A stretch of DNA of 64,000 nucleotides from an uncultured Chloroflexia bacterium (GTDB taxonomy: Bacteria; Chloroflexota; Dehalococcoidia; DSTF01; JALHUB01), in the NCBI GenBank assembly GCA_963703345.1, contig OY969814.1, forward strand, positions 96,001 through 160,000, given 5' to 3'. A program made the position numbers and the translations under genes. The notes beneath the pieces are model-generated. The model had not been told where the DNA came from, ran no database searches, and was given only the letters and a program-made list of their open reading frames with translations. The stretch's first letter is position 1. Every line of letters starts with the position of its first letter. Below, one piece after another: positions 63,244 to 64,000 of this stretch.

Positions 63244-64000
63244 ATGGACTGCGACATCGTGATCGTCGGCGCCGGGCCGGCAGGTCTCACCGCTGGTCTG
63301 TATGCCGCGCGCGCCCGTCGCTGCACGGTGCTGCTCGAAAAGAACGTTGTCGGTGGACAGATTGCGCTTACGGCGATGGTCGAGAACTATCCCGGCTTCC
63401 CGGACGGGATCAATGGATACGACCTGTCGCAGGCGATGCTTAAGCAGGGCGAAAAGTACGGTCTAATGCCGCTTTACGTCGCTGCGCACTCTGTCGAACG
63501 GGCGGATGATCACTTCCTCGTCAGGACGGGCGAAGGTGATCTTCTTACAAAGACGGTGATTGCAGCCGGAGGAGCCGGCTACCGGAGGTTAGGGGTTCCA
63601 GGCGAGGAACGGCTCACGGGACGCGGCGTATCCTACTGCGCCACCTGCGATGCAGCGCTCTTCCGCGAGCAGGAAGTGGCGGTGGTGGGCGGGGGTGACG
63701 CAGCTATGGACGAAGCCCTCTTTCTTAGTCGCTACGCCGCCAGGGTTCACGTTATCCACCGTCGCGATCAGCTTCGGGCAACGCCGGTGTTGCAGGAACG
63801 CGTCTTTGCCGAGCCGAAGATCGACTTCATGTGGAATACGGTGGTCACGGAAGTGCGCGGGGAGGAGATGGTGAGCGGCGTCGGGTTGCGCAGCTCGCTA
63901 AACGGCGAGGAATCGGCACTCGAGTTGAGTGGTCTTTTCGTCTTCGTGGGTCAGCAGCCAAACATCGACTATCTGGGAGGGCTGGCGGCGATGGACGAGA
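63244..64000 (+). CDS. trxB: thioredoxin reductase, 3' end outside window
   Basis: Manual translation: IVGAGPAGLTA, VENYPGF, GRGVSYCATCD, VVGGGD, HRR. Confidence 0.95.
   Translation, partial: MDCDIVIVGAGPAGLTAGLYAARARRCTVLLEKNVVGGQIALTAMVENYPGFPDGINGYDLSQAMLKQGEKYGLMPLYVAAHSVERADDHFLVRTGEGDLLTKTVIAAGGAGYRRLGVPGEERLTGRGVSYCATCDAALFREQEVAVVGGGDAAMDEALFLSRYAARVHVIHRRDQLRATPVLQERVFAEPKIDFMWNTVVTEVRGEEMVSGVGLRSSLNGEESALELSGLFVFVGQQPNIDYLGGLAAMDE

Noticed and set aside
63650-63874. 74-aa ORF near the window end
   Set aside because: Out-of-frame shadow inside trxB

Overview
GC-rich bacterial chromosomal window of mostly core genes. It is probably Chloroflexota, class Dehalococcoidia; this is an inference from the fusA-rpsJ junction without tuf, the AGAAC-N4-GTTCT SOS boxes and the gene set. 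From left to right it holds a PQQ sugar dehydrogenase (truncated), an alpha/beta hydrolase, aroH-aroF-scpA, a CAAX protease, a degenerate TrpC, divergent purA and purF-purM-purH plus a GalT-like gene and a GT2, rpsU-yqeY, and the str-S10-spc-alpha ribosomal cluster through truA-rplM-rpsI. Next come a sugar-phosphate trio, livG-livF-bioY, tRNA-Arg(UCG), tRNA-His, an internally deleted aldehyde:ferredoxin oxidoreductase, rodZ-rimO, mtaB-amaP-scpB-DUF503, glycerate kinase and an acyl-CoA dehydrogenase. The window ends with a SAM-I riboswitch operon (unknown QW-repeat protein, mtnP, GNAT, ahcY, metK), an AAA+/VWA pair, and csoR divergent from trxA-trxB. No CRISPR array, rRNA or mobile element was seen. 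The strongest leads are: (1) a 36-37 aa stand-alone zinc-ribbon microprotein behind a near-consensus promoter with two LexA boxes; (2) a CsoR operator in the trxA-trxB promoter; (3) a SAM riboswitch leading into an uncharacterised prenyltransferase-fold gene; (4) a TrpC pseudoenzyme; (5) several structured non-coding segments. All calls come from reading motifs by eye; no searches or folding programs were run.
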